Assembly (NCBI GenBank): GCA_951406725.2
Contig: OX597814.1
Location: forward strand, 75,206,001-75,270,000
Length of the DNA stretch: 64,000 bases
Source of the DNA: Octopus vulgaris
Taxonomy: Eukaryota
Reading direction: 5' to 3'
Under the pieces are notes generated by a model, which was given only the letters and a program-made list of their open reading frames with translations, made no database searches and was not told where the DNA came from. This document shows positions 27,910 to 41,501 of this stretch, one piece after another. How positions within the stretch are numbered: the first letter of the stretch is position 1; every line of letters starts with the position of its first letter. The position numbers and the translations under genes were made by a program.

Positions 27910-27910
<1 letters not shown>
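27624..27910 (+). mobile_element. non-autonomous RTE-tail element with internal 66-bp tandem units
   Basis: aaaagcacc units start at 27624, 27690 and 27756, then gtggttggcgttaggaagggtatccagctgtagaaac...catgccaggatggaaaacggatgttaaac(gat)n. A truncated copy lies at 33583-33712. Confidence 0.75.
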
Positions 27911-27941
<31 letters not shown>

Positions 27942-30627
27942 CTATTTGTATATATTAATCACATCATAGATTACTGAACTTTTTCACATTGAAAATATGA
28001 CTATTTTATATCTTCTGGGAGACATTTAATCATGTTTAAAAATGCAAAAATTCACTTCATGTAGGCAAAAATCAAAAAAGAAATTAAAAAATGCTGACAA
28101 TGGATATAATATTTCACCAGCCAGTCAGAATTAAAACAAATTATTCATATAATGTCAACATTAAATATCAACATAAGAAAAAAACAACAATGAAAAAAGC
28201 ATATTTTTCAAATCAACCTTATGTGTCCCATAAAAATCACTTTTACTGAGAAAATAACAGAGTGACAAATTGCTTTGATAGCCAATTGGGACATTGTTTA
28301 CATCTGAAATTACTAAACCTTTTTGCACTGAAAGCATGACTATTTCAGGTTTCCTGGGAGATATTTTACCCTTGTTTTAACAAGTTACAGAACTTACTTT
28401 TTTTTGTTACATAGGCAAAACGATCTAAAATAGGCTGGCATTGGATCTAAAATAACTGGGTTTTTTTTCTGCTGACACAAAGTATATCGAACAAAAAGAT
28501 TTTAAAAAATTATTTTCACAATGAAAATATAATTGTTCAAAGAAATAGAAAATTGTGTAATCCATACAGAAATACTGAACAAGAATAGCAGTAAAAAAAC
28601 CCCCAAAAAAACATTCAGAATCAAAGTTGTGCTATAAACCTAACAATTGCAGTCACTTGATCTATTCATAGACGTGTATTAATTAAAAGAATTGCCATCA
28701 GTCTCTGCTTAGCATGATTAATATAAAATCTGTTCTCTCTCCAGTTTGACATCACTTCGGCAAAGTGCCACTCTAATCAGTCAATGATGGAGTGAGCATA
28801 TCACCCCCAGATCAGGTTCAGTTTCATTATAGAAAGAAAAGTATTCATTCCTCAAAATGAAAATGATGGGTATAGTATAATAGCCATTGCAATAGAAAAT
28901 AAAAATATGTTGGATAGGCATTTAAATTTAATTTAGAAAAGCTATATCAATAACTGTGAGCTGTTAGTGTGAATGAGCACTGTAGTGATATGTATAAATT
29001 ATGACTATATACCAAATATATATATATGTTTATACATCAAAAGTTAGTGCTTTATTAATATGCATTTGAACTGAATCATAAACCTAAAATTGAATTATAC
29101 ACATCAAAACATAGGAGGATTCAGTACATAATATCTTCATTGTAAATAAAACATTGGCTTTTATTTCCTTGATGGATAACTTCATATTTTCATATATTCT
29201 AAAATTTCTCTCCTGTTGCTTAATTCCATTGATGGATGTTTCCTATAACAGAACATTATTATTGTTAGGGATTACAAGTCCAATAAGGTAATTTCTGATG
29301 CCATATCATGCCAACCTTTACTAAATATTTTTCAGGTGGTAGGCTTATTAGTGTCTAGTTTAACACAATCGTTCAGCCCATGGGTAACTTTAGCAGTATA
29401 GATCTTTCTGTTGGAAGTCATTAGGCAAAGCTTCTGATCAAGTCATTTCATGCATTGATCCTTATTCCATTTTCTTTCATGTACTGCCACTGTTTCTGAG
29501 GAAGGACAGGTGTAAGAAGTTTCTCAGTGGAAACCCATAAGTCTAACACCATGAGGAACATCTCTGGTGGCTCCTCTATCAGTTGGTACAATAAACACAA
29601 ATAGCTTTCTCTTTTAGTTTCTTATTCATCTCACAGTGATCAAAATAATGGTTAGCACACTTCATCACAAACAACAAAATACTGAGAATTACATAGAACT
29701 CCTGCACAACAATCATGACACTAATAGAAGACATGGAGATAGTACAGTTTTGCATGTGTTTTACTTGCAACTGTGTGTAAAAGAGGATTGAAGAATGTGA
29801 GTGTGATATCTGTACAGGAGTGAGCCTTTTTAGAGAAAACACCAAGTACCTCATTACTGTACTAGAGGAAGAATGTGGGAGGTGTAACTAAATGACATAC
29901 AAATATACTTAGGGCACTCATAGATACCACATTTTGGTTAACAGAAAAAACAATAGGAGTGTACAAACTATTCAATCCTAGATCCTCAGTTTCTCCACAA
30001 CAAATCGTAACATACTACGAAATAAGCAAAACAGTACACTATGTATCACAAATCATACAAAATATAGCTCCAGTATAACCATGGCCATCATAGTTAAAGC
30101 AAATTATACTGAACAAAATTAAATACCAGCTGGACATGCAAGAGACAGACTGTCACTGCAAACTTCAACTTGTACTGTTGCTACCCTTAAATCATCTTTA
30201 AACACACATACATCTATCCGGGACACTACTACAACAGCATCCTAAAAACACCATTTCTCTCACTCAGTGTCAAGAAGTAAAGAATGCAAAAATAGCTGCA
30301 GCATTAATAACCTCACTAATTCTAAATCCTGTGATGGGAAGCATGCCATTAATATTGGCTTATTCAAAGTTTATCTGAGATTAAGCAACAACAACTCTGA
30401 GTTAAATTTAATATACTCTAATATATATTTTCATATGAAAATATGAAACAACTTGCTTTATCATTTACAAAAAATAAGAATAAAAGTGAATGACAAAAGT
30501 AAATTTCTAGAGATGAGAACATTAACAAGAATTTATCTTAAAATGAGGAATGATTCTTGAGCCAGTGTGTGCGTGCATGTGTGAGTGAGTGAAAGTGAGA
30601 GAGAAATAGAGAGAGAGATATAAATAT

Positions 30628-30875
30628 CTTTTACTTGCTTCAGTTACTGAACAGTTGTCATGTTGGGGCACTACCTTGAAGGACTTAGCTGATTTATTTT
30701 AAACTCCAGTACTTATTCTAGTAGTCTTTTGCTGAACAGCTAAGTTATGGGAACATAAACAAACCAACACTGGTTGTCAAGCAGTAGTGGGGAACACACA
30801 TGACATGCTTCTTTCAGTATCCATCTACTAAATCCATTTACAAGGTTTTAGGTGACCCATGGCTATAGTAGACAC
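30628..30875 (-). mobile_element. SINE fragment (family of 20765-21118)
   Basis: cttttacttgcttcagtta...ggggcactaccttgaagg...acactggttgtcaagc is the reverse complement of the 3' half of 20765-21118. Confidence 0.75.
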
Positions 30876-31769
30876 TTCCAATACTAACATGAGTGACATA
30901 AATTACTGAGACACTGTTTTAGAGCCAGACATCCTTTCGGTGGCTAATCCTTACCTGTTTCCAAGTGAGACATTTCATATTTTATGCATATGCAAAGGCA
31001 CAAAAACAATAGACCTGTTGCCAGGCAAAATGACAGCAGCATCACAACCCATAGCTGAGTGATGTGCAGTGAAGCACAAATGCTAACAAAGAAACATACA
31101 TACATATGTACAAATACACATTTTCTCTAGCAAATCCATTCACAAGCCTTTGATCAACCAGAAGCTACTGTAGAAGGCACTGGTGAGACTGATTCAGAAA
31201 CCACATGCATGCACCTTTGTGTGCACGCATGCATGCACTTAATCAAGTGATATGGTGATTAAAATAAACAACTGCAAAACTTTTGGCTTTGTAAGAAAGC
31301 AGAATGTTGTAGTCCCCAAGACAGGTAATACAGAAATCATTCTTACTAAATCAGCAACTACTTTCTATTTGCTTTCCAAAGCAAATACTCATTTCAGAAT
31401 CTGTGGGACTGAGTAATATAGTGCAGACATATATCTATTTATTGAAATTACCAATAATAGCCAGGAAATCAATTTTGAGTGTTTTGTGGAGTCAACTTGA
31501 ATTTGTCCAAGTGAAGTTGGTCAACTGAATATTTTCCATACATTTTAGAATGTATGTCACAGGGTAAATCAAGATGAATGCTTTATTAAGATACTTGTTT
31601 TTTGGCTCTTATATTATCTAGTCATGTGGCCCAATTTGAATCTATACTCTTTATTCAAAAGTAACTGTTAATTCTAATTTGTCTTCACCTGAGGTTTGCA
31701 TTCAATAAATGATACCTTTAAAGTTTAAAACTGTTTGGTGAATAGAAAATTACTATTCTTTGTTTTGCT

Positions 31770-31997
31770 TTAACTCTTCAGCATTTAAACCAGCCACATC
31801 TGGCCAAAATAATCTACCTGTTTTATTTTCAAAGTGGCCAGATCTGACCTCTTACACTTACTCCACAATATTATTCTAATAATAGACAATCATGTCATTG
31901 AAATCTTAATGTTACAAGGTAGTGCATAATTAATTCAAAACAATATGAATAAATAAGGATTACATTTGACTGAGAAATCTAAATGCTAAATGGTTAA
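31770..31997 (+). mobile_element. MITE family A copy
   Basis: ttaactcttcagcatttaaaccagcc...aaatgctaaatggttaa. Confidence 0.8.
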
Positions 31998-33213
31998 CCT
32001 AATATAAAATTATCAACTTAAGTCATTTATTTTCTAGTAATGATTCAATGGATTAACTTTAGCAAGAAGAACTTTCATAAAATAAATATCTTCATGATGG
32101 TGGATATGGTAAGGAATAAATGAAAAAAAGTATTTGCATTCAAATATAATGGCTACAGAAATATCAAACAACCCTTTTGACATTAAACAATTCCTTTTTA
32201 AATATTAATTAGAAAACAACTACAAAAGCCAACACAGTCATGTGACTTGCAGCCAAAATTCTTTCAAATTGTGTCCTATCATCTTAAAAAGAAAAGCCGA
32301 CAAACGGATATCTTAGACCTACAAAAAGAGGAGCTGGTTATAACTGGAATACACTTTTCATCATGGAACTGACAAATAAGAGTTGCCCCAGGACTGTAAA
32401 AACTACAATAGAGAGATTAATCTTAAATTTTATTGAAGAAATCTTACAGCCTACACATAGCAAAAGCTGCATTTCAAAGGTTGTGTTTCATTTCAAGCTT
32501 CAAAATATTTTTCAGACAGTTACAAAATTTTACCACATGTAACCAAATTCTTAGACATGTACTATCAGATAAGCTAGCTGGCTGAGAGACAAAGCTTTAC
32601 TATTCCCAAATGCTATCTAATTATTAAGCTGTCTATTTGAGTTTTTTTTCTTTACTTCTGTCTCATGGCAGCAGAAACACTATTGTCACCATCACTATTT
32701 AGCATGATTTTTGCAGCTGGATGGAGGTATGAGTAGTAACTGAGATGACCCACAAGTGAGTTTTTTTGGTTGGTAGTACAGTAAGGTGAAACTAGAATTT
32801 GGTGGGGCTGGTTGTGGTGATGGTCGTCTAATACTGCCTCCATCATATATATGTGGTCCAAAAGAAGAGCAAGATGGAGTCAGAGTGAAGTGGATGATGC
32901 AGGCTACCATAGTAGTAAAGAGATGAGATGGGGAGGAGGAGGTATTATTAGTGATGAAGAGATGTAAATCATGAAAGAGGTGAGGGTACAAAGTGAGAGA
33001 GGAGGATAAAGCATCAGGATCAGTAAAATTTCATATATTTCTCAAGATCAATCAATATATCAATGAAAGTAATTTTAATTAGCATCAGGTTACAAACTCA
33101 ATACACTAATAAACAAAGTATAAAACTAATTAGAATGGATACCAGTATACTTTTGAGGTATATTTTTATTAACTTGTGGTAAAGTATAAAGCAAAATCAA
33201 CCCCAGCAGGACT

Positions 33214-33390
33214 TTAATCCTTTAGCATTTAAACTGGCCATATCCAACTTCTTACACCTTCCCTACAAAGCCATTCTAAAATAAGCAATCATATCATCAA
33301 AATTTTGAAGCTATGAGATAATGCATTACTAATTCAAAACAAAGTAAATTAAACATATTTGACAGAATGATCTGAATACTAAAGGGTTAA
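33214..33390 (+). mobile_element. MITE family A copy, internally deleted
   Basis: ttaatcctttagcatttaaactggcc...tctgaatactaaagggttaa. Confidence 0.8.
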
Positions 33391-34044
33391 ATTCAATCCA
33401 GTCAGGATGGTATCTCTATAACTGCATTCTTATCCCTACCTTACTAACAACAAATCTACTCAAAGAATCAACAAAATTTAATGTAATCAATAGCAAACTT
33501 TTCTTTGCCGAATTAGATAGCAGAGTAACTCTTTCAAACAAAAGTTCACACACGCGCGCACACACACACATATATATATATAGGGCATCCAACTGTAGAA
33601 ACCTTGCCAAATCAGATTGGAGCCTGGTGCAGCCTCCTGGCTTGCTTGCTAGTCACAGTCAAACCGTCCACCCCATGCCAACATGGAAAGCAAACATTAA
33701 ATGACGATGATTATATATATAGTAAATTCCAAAAAGAAAAACAAATATAAAAAGACAACAATGCGAAGACGTGGTACGTGTAAAGTATTAGCAGATGCTT
33801 AAGGAAGGAAAGAAAGATGGTTTAACATTTTGAGCAGACGCTCTTCTTCACAAGCAGAGAAAAGTCCAATAGAAGAGAAGACGGAGGAAGAAAATTGCCA
33901 ACAACTCACATGTGGTTACATACATACATATATATATATATATATCAGAAGAAAACAGATGTAATAACAAGGGGATGGTCATCGTTTTCGCTGGTATGTC
34001 TTTAATTTAATTAGACAACAAAGAAGGAAGCAAAGATGAAGGTA

Positions 34045-34095
34045 GCATTTACGATCGTTTTTATTTACTAGTTTTAGTGAATCTCTTCGGAATGC
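34045..34095 (-). ncRNA. degenerate minimal hammerhead ribozyme motif
   Basis: Minus strand gcatt-CCGAAGA-gattcacta(aaac)tagtaaata-AAAA-cgatcg-TA|aatgc. Stems I and II and a palindromic stem III are present; the GAAA box is mutated to AAAA. Confidence 0.55.
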
Positions 34096-34869
34096 AAAAA
34101 CAGAGATACATCGGTTAGGATGCGAAAATAATTGATACATATGTAAATGTATGTGTGTGTGTGTGTGTATATATATATCAGGAGAGAGAGAGAGTATGTT
34201 TAAAAAGAATGCATGCTAAAAAGAAAGGAAAGCTTTTTCAAACTGGATTAATCCATCAATATTAAATATGCTGTTGAAAATTCCAGCAACTTCTGGTATT
34301 TGTTAGGGCAGTTGAGAATATTCTTAGAGAATTGTTCATACATTTTAAGTCACATTTCTTCAACTTGCTGGAAGATATTGAATGAAAGTCAAGTGAAAGA
34401 TGTACACATCATGTAAGGTGGGTTCTTGTTTTAGCGATGCCAAGAATCAAAGCAACATTTTAACTGAATTTTTTTTATATAAATAAAAGTACAAAAAACC
34501 CCCATTCAGATTTTGTCAATTTGCTTTTAATATCATTTCATTTGTGTGTATTTGCACAAGTGAACAACCACCTGCCAGTCCATTCCGCCATCTGTCCATA
34601 TATACATACATCAAATAGAAAAACAGTTGTGCAACTGTTTTACCATCTGGTTGTATGATATAAGCAAAGAAATAAAACTGGATTTATCTCAATCTTTTCA
34701 GCAAATGAAATAATTTGATTCACAAGACACCCCCCCCCCCCCACAAAAAAAACTAGAACTAAAAAACTTTTTAAAAAATCCCCCAAAAACTAAACATACA
34801 CAGTGTCATTAATATCATAATGTATATGTCGTCAATGAATTTTCTTGTGATATTATATTCCTCCTCTAA

Positions 34870-35345
34870 GGCAGTGAACTGGCAGAATGGTTAGAATGCC
34901 AGGCAAAATGCTTAGCAGCATTTCGTCCATGTTTACGTTCTGAGTTCAAATTCCACCAAGGCCAACTTTGCCTTTCATCCTTTTGTGGTAGATAAAATAA
35001 GTACCAGTTGAGCCCTGGGGGTTGATTTAATCGACTTAGTCCCCCACCCACCTACTGAAATTGTTGATGTAACCAACTTAACCCCCTCCCCCCAAATTAC
35101 TGACCTTGTGCCAAAATTTGAAAAGGTGACAAGATGGCAGAATTGTCAGCAAGCAAGGCAAAATGCTTAGCAGCAATTTGTTTGTCTTAATGTTTTTGGT
35201 TCAGATGTCGCTGGAGTTGACTTTGCCCTTCATCTTTTCATAGTTGATAAAAAAAGTATCAGTTGAACACTGGGGATTGATTTAATTGACTTAGTCCCCC
35301 ACCTACCAGCTGAAATTGCTGACCTTGTGTCAAAATTTGAAACCA
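34870..35345 (+). mobile_element. two head-to-tail tRNA-derived SINEs with Nin/Deu-like central domain
   Basis: A-box tggcagaatggttag, B-box gagttcaaattcc and core tttgcctttcatccttttgtggtagataaaataagtaccagtt. The second copy starts at about 35124. Confidence 0.85.
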
Positions 35346-35665
35346 ATATTATATTCTTCCTTACAACATGACTGATTTGGGGTGAAAAGGAAGAATAATT
35401 ATTTTTCATTTAAGTATGTTTATATCTTTATGTACACATACACACACCCTTCTTGAAAAAACCCCAAATATTTTTATTTTCAACACAAATGGTAAACATG
35501 GGTCCTGTCATTTTACTGTTATCCACTGCCACTAAAAGAAGGATATTAAGACACAATCCAGAATGTGAATACTTTCATTAAGGAATAATTCTGTTTTATC
35601 AAAGATGGTCATTCTACAATGCATACCAGCCATTTCGATTAATTCATGTGGCCTAAATTATTTCA

Positions 35666-35881
35666 TTAAATCTTTCAATACCAACCCAGCTGAAACTGGC
35701 TCTGGCTCTGTAATACAAATGTCTGATTTTGTAAGCTTTGAATTAAAATCTTCCACCAAACCTTAGTCCCAATTTATGTTCTTAACACTAGCTTAATGAT
35801 AACAAAATTCTTTGTTATATTTAAAATTAATTGAAAGAAACACTGATTATCTCAAAATAAATACAGTAATGAAAGGGTTAA
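35666..35881 (+). mobile_element. MITE family B (TTAA-type)
   Basis: ttaaatctttcaataccaaccc...aatttatgttcttaacactagcttaat...gtaatgaaagggttaa. Related copies at about 21565-21722 and 44588-44801. Confidence 0.7.
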
Positions 35882-37646
35882 ACTGCTGGTGATGTATTTG
35901 ACAATATTCTAACTCATATTTCCCAGTAGTATCTGATTCAGTGTCTTTTCATTTATATTATCAGTATTGATCATTTGCTAATTTAAGCTTGATACTGAAT
36001 AATTAAAGTATATAATGAACAGAAATGTTTGTGTATATAATTTCTTTCATTAACGTTTACATTTTGATAATAAAAGTATTAACATTTTGGTTACATCTTT
36101 GATATACTTCCACTGAAGGTTAATGACCTGTTTGCTAGTTGTACCCAGCTTTTAAACTCTCTATCCTTCCCTCCATCTATCCTTTTCCTATCTATCTACA
36201 TAATTGTAATTCTTAACTTACTTGTGTGTGTGTGTGGGGGGGGGGGGTTGTCTACGGCAGACATGCTGGTATTTCCAATGTGTTTTTTTAACATTTTCCT
36301 TGGTCTCAATTGGTATGAACCACAGGACATTTCAATTTTACAACCATAACTAATGATAAAGGAACAGCAACAACAATGGCAGACACTGACAATAATTACA
36401 AATATTCATGCATAAATAAACCAAGATCAATGATAAGTAAAACAAGGATATAGGTTCAGCTAATAGAAAGAACCAACAGTCAAAGCATCGAATTGCTGAC
36501 TATGAAACACTGTCTTTGATGGTCAGGACTTGTAGCAAGAATGGAATAGTCAAGGTTCCTACACGAAATCTTAATCAGCAAGCTCACTTGAAGGAAAAGA
36601 CTATGGGGTTGCACTTTTCGAAGAAACAAGGACCAACTCAAAATATTACTGAAAGCCACTGGACTTGAGCCTAAATTGTTTGGAACACAAGCCTGAGACC
36701 ATACCAAGTAGTGGTCTTTCATCACCACTGAAAACAGAAACTTAGAAGTCACCAGAAGAAAAAAATAAAAAAATTAAATGAAAGGAGAGAAAGGCCTGAC
36801 AAAACCAACCTTGTCCTCTACCAATATTACTGTGGCAGTCAATGCCATCAACTCTTCTATGCAAGAACTGGTCTACATAGTCATCAACATTATCACCTTA
36901 AAGGAAGCATTTAGCAAAGAAGACTAAATTCTCGGATACAAGATAGACACGACATTCATAGTACAAAACTCACTGATGTAGTTCATTCTGAGAGAAAACA
37001 AGATAGATAGACAGAGATAGTGTCTTTGCATTATTATATATAATTTTACATTTGCATGCTAAAAAGGGTTAGAAATTTGTGAAAATGAGTGGTTTTCAGT
37101 AAATGTATGTATGTGTGCTTTCAGGTACGTGTTCTTGTGTGTGTATATGTCTGTGTGTCAAGGTGAATGTATGTAGTGTGTGTGTGTGTGAGTACAAGTA
37201 CGTGTGGTAGTTAAATACATTTAACCCTAAGCTATGCTTTAAAACATAAATCAGAAAGAATTTAAAAAAAATAAACTCCAAGTGTAAAAGTTACAACTTG
37301 TTACAGAAAAAAGATGGCAGCTGACAAGCAGTTTCAAATTGTCAATGTTTCTTTTTGCTGAATTGTAATCTAAAGCATAGATATCTCAGGAAAAATAAAA
37401 AAACACAAACAAAAAAACACACACACAAAGTGGGTGGGTAGGGTACTTGTTTTTAATTCCACATCATCTGTTTTAGTACATGTAGTACTGTACTATATTT
37501 CTTAAAAGTGACAGGATCTGATTTGAAGGAGTTTGGGTAGTACTTCTGGCCAGTTGAACAAATATATAAAAACTACTTTTATTCTAATTCCAACAGTTAA
37601 GCCTAATGCAAGTATATATATAAATGTTTGGGCATATTTGTGTGTA

Positions 37647-37679
<33 letters not shown>

Positions 37680-39984
37680 AATCAGAGACATGCCGCCTAG
37701 GTAGGAAAGGTAGGCAGTGCCTACCTTCAATAAAATAGATCGATTGCAACAGTTTCCTTTTATGGCAAAATATGGACCTAATTCAATAAAATTATGAAGG
37801 TTATTCTGATTACTATGCATAAAATGCAATTTTTTTTATGTAGATAAGGTAGGCATAATTTGCCCCTGCCTTTCTATCTCAGTATTTCTATCTCAGCATA
37901 GTACTGCTGTAGTACATGAGCTGCATACATTTTTACAATTATTTCAAAATATTCAGATGAATATTTTGGCATGAGTTAGAATTTCCAAAATATTGTCTAA
38001 AATTTTCTCCAAATTTGCTAAACACCATCACAGTCAATATTTAATACCCTCTTCTTTTTCATTCTTCCTTTGCTCTCCTTTTGTAAATAAACAAATAAAA
38101 CAGACAATTCTTTCAAAGTATTTTTGTTTTCTGTTATAGAAAACTCTTCTTATATATAGAAGGTTCTTCCATGATTAAATGAACAAAACTGATTTTCATA
38201 ACTTTCATTTTTTTTTTTGTTTTTATCTTACTAAACCTCTCTTCTTTTGCACTACCACACACATACACACAGAAAAAAGGATAATATGCTTCATGTTACA
38301 GGAAATATTTTGAGAGTTATAATGACAGCATTTCATTGACTGTCAGCTTTCTGCCTCAGTTGAAGTAAACAATCTCTACTCAACTACATTACTGTCCAAG
38401 GAGCAAGAATTCAAGTCTATGTATAAGCCACTTCTCATTCTTGGAAAAGGAAAGAAGAAAGATACAAAAAAAAAAAAAATCTTGTGACAAATAATAGCAG
38501 GTTTTATAATGTCAAAATGAAAACTGACAGAAATTATTGCATTGCTATTTATTATGCAGGAACTCAAAAGATTAAGCTACAGGTCTCCAACTTACATGAC
38601 AATTAGTTCGGTTCTGTTTTAATTATTTGTTTATCAAATGTACAGCTGATTATGATTTAAGAAAAATTGAATTTTGACTGATTAAAATATATTCAATGAT
38701 GTAAAGTAAACTAACATGTGGGTGTTTTTAGCAAATACACTTTTAGTCGAACTGTGAGGAGAAGAAACTCTGGTTAAAATGTGTCCAAAGAAGAAACGAA
38801 AAGATGACCAAGCATGTTTCAGAGTTATTTTTAGCAGTTCATGGCAGATTGGCTACTCTTTTCTCTAACAACAGGTAACTGGAACTTATTGCTATTCATT
38901 GTATAAACAAATTTGGACAAAGGCAAGTTGTTCTAATTTACATAATAGCAGTGCAAGTGCTGTCAACATTTAATTAATAAAAGGACTACTTCATTTATCA
39001 TTAAATGGACTACTTCATTGCCAATACTTGCCCTGTTGTTATACAAATTAGGGGTATGTGTATACTATAAATAGTTTCAGGCTACAACTATATTTCCCTC
39101 TGTGATCACAGAATCAAGAAATTGAACTCTGATAAACCAGTGTTAAATGGGGAAGCATGACAGGTCAATCTCATATTTCTGGACACAAATAATAACATGC
39201 TTTAACAACACTATCTCCTTATCACAGTATGCTAAAGAATGTACTTTGACCTTTATAAATTGATATTTACAAATATGTTTTATTCTTCACTTTGATGTGG
39301 CCATTTTGGTGCACTGATTTCAAGGGTTCTAAGTGATCCTAAGGACCCCAGTATTTGTTTCAGTGTGATACTATAGCAATTTCTATTTGTTGAATTGCAC
39401 AAAACACAAAATAAACAGCATGTTTCCCATTTACCAAACTCCACCCATAAGGTACAGGTCAAATCAAGGTATAGGTGAAGATATTACACACACACACACA
39501 CACACGTACATGAGGTTTGTATGTGTTATAACAATGGGGAAATCTAACAGAAGTCAAGTTAAAATTTGCATGCAAATGATTAGAAAAAGAAAATGCAAAA
39601 AAAAGAAAGAAAGTTTGTTTTAGTTTTATTATAACAGAAAGGTAAAAAAAGACATTTTACAGTGCAAAACTGGAGAAAAGTAAATTTATCCAATATATTG
39701 GTTTATCATTTCACATGTCCATGGTTATGGATAGTTGAAGCAGAAATAGTGAATAAATTTTTCTTTTTCTTTTATTATACACATCTATATGAATTAAAGT
39801 TTTAGTAAGTAGGCAAGAAGAAAAGTCATTTCTACCCTCAAAGAAATGGTTGCACTTGATATACAGAAAAGCAGTACATTGAATTCAATTGTTGTACGCA
39901 GTGTTATGTATAAATGCACAAGCAGTATAATGGGAATATAGTCAGGATAACACAGAAGGTAGATCTGAAGCACATACATAGGAA

Positions 39985-40560
39985 TAGTAAGAATACGTGC
40001 AAAATAAACTCCCTTTAAATGCTTTGAAGGTATTCTAGAAGTAGTTGATAGTTTTTGTTATTTAGATGACCTAATTAACAGTGGAAATATGAGTACTGGA
40101 GCATAGTAGTCAGAGTAAGAATAAAGTGAAGTTCAAAGAGTTATTAACTCTGCTGGCAACAAAAGGCTTCTCTTTCAGAGTGAAAGATAGATTGCTTCAG
40201 TTTGAGGTGTGGTGCTTTGTGGTAGCAAGACTGGAGTTTTGAATTCAAAGGATGTGTGAAGAATAGACAGAAATGAACTATGACCTGCTGGATATATAAT
40301 GTAAGTGTACCAGAAATGAATACAAATGAGTTGAGAAAAAAAAAACTGGTTATAAGAGAAATCAAATGTAGTAAGAGAAGAGATTGCACTGGTGGTGTAC
40401 CTGATGTGTAAGGAGGATAACAGCTGTATCAAATGTATGCTCAGTGAATTATACCCATGGAAGACAGTGATCTAGGAAAACATAGAATAAAGTGTTGAAG
40501 GCTGGACTCAAGATTCTGTACCTCATGAACATGATAAAACATCAAAATGATGATAAGCAA
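39985..40560 (+). mobile_element. RTE LINE C-terminal fragment
   Basis: LEVVDSFCYLDDLI...VVRVRIK relics, colinear with 49400-50090. Confidence 0.7.
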
Positions 40561-41460
40561 CATATGTTGCTTCAGATCTTCTCATTCAAGGATGTAAAAC
40601 AAAACATTAAATTGTACCATACCACTGGTGTAATGTGGGATATTGTTGAATCTGTCCAATGTAATTATTCTGTACTACCAATTATCTATAGCACTCTCAC
40701 TTGACAATATCTATATAATGAGAGGTTTATTGGTGTCTCTGAGGAACCCACCATCACCCCTTGGTAATGCTAGTCATCATTCCCCTTTCTTCTAAGATAT
40801 TTATTGACATCTATCTTGCTCTCTTACCATTGCCATCTCTATAACTATCCATTTCTTATTCTCTCTTACTGATATCAGCTTGATACTGCTAGCCATCATT
40901 CCCCCATCACTCTCTTTTCTCACCTTCACAATGACTCTATGAACTTTTCATCCAATCATTGTTTCTTTCATCATACTCTCACTTATTTCGCTTCATCACC
41001 CAGTTCTTTCCTGCCATTGCTCTCTCTCTCTCTCTCTCTTCTGATAATATTGCTTTGAATGAACAGACAAGATAGAGCATGGAGAACTATTTGTTGAGTG
41101 AGGCATACAGCAACCTCACTAGAACTGGTGTCATGCAAGAAAAGCAATCAGTACATTCTGTAAAGTGGTGTGGTATTAGGAAGGGCATCCAGCAAAAGAA
41201 ATTAAGCCAAAAGTGGAACATATGAACAAGACATAGTCCTCAGCAACTGCTAGACTCACCCTATCCATAATGATTGGTTTCTTTACACACATACACAAAC
41301 ACACACTAAAATGATTATATGGGAAGTGAATTACAAGATCTTAGTATCCATACTAAAAACTTGTTTTAGAAAGTTAGAACAATCATAAGGTGAAGAATCA
41401 GTTGTTTAATTTAGTAGCTCTTCTTTTATAGTTTAGTATGCAAATGGAGATGGCACTAGA

Positions 41461-41501
<41 letters not shown>

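Noticed and set aside
29200-29850. second pogo-like transposase relic (VHERKWNKDQCMK*LDQK)
   Set aside because: Only one weak motif resemblance and no ends.
34870-34960. tRNA gene
   Set aside because: The A and B boxes belong to a SINE head; there is no complete cloverleaf.
38393-38439. exon-like segment after a strong pyrimidine tract
   Set aside because: Immediate TGA in the required phase and a weak donor.
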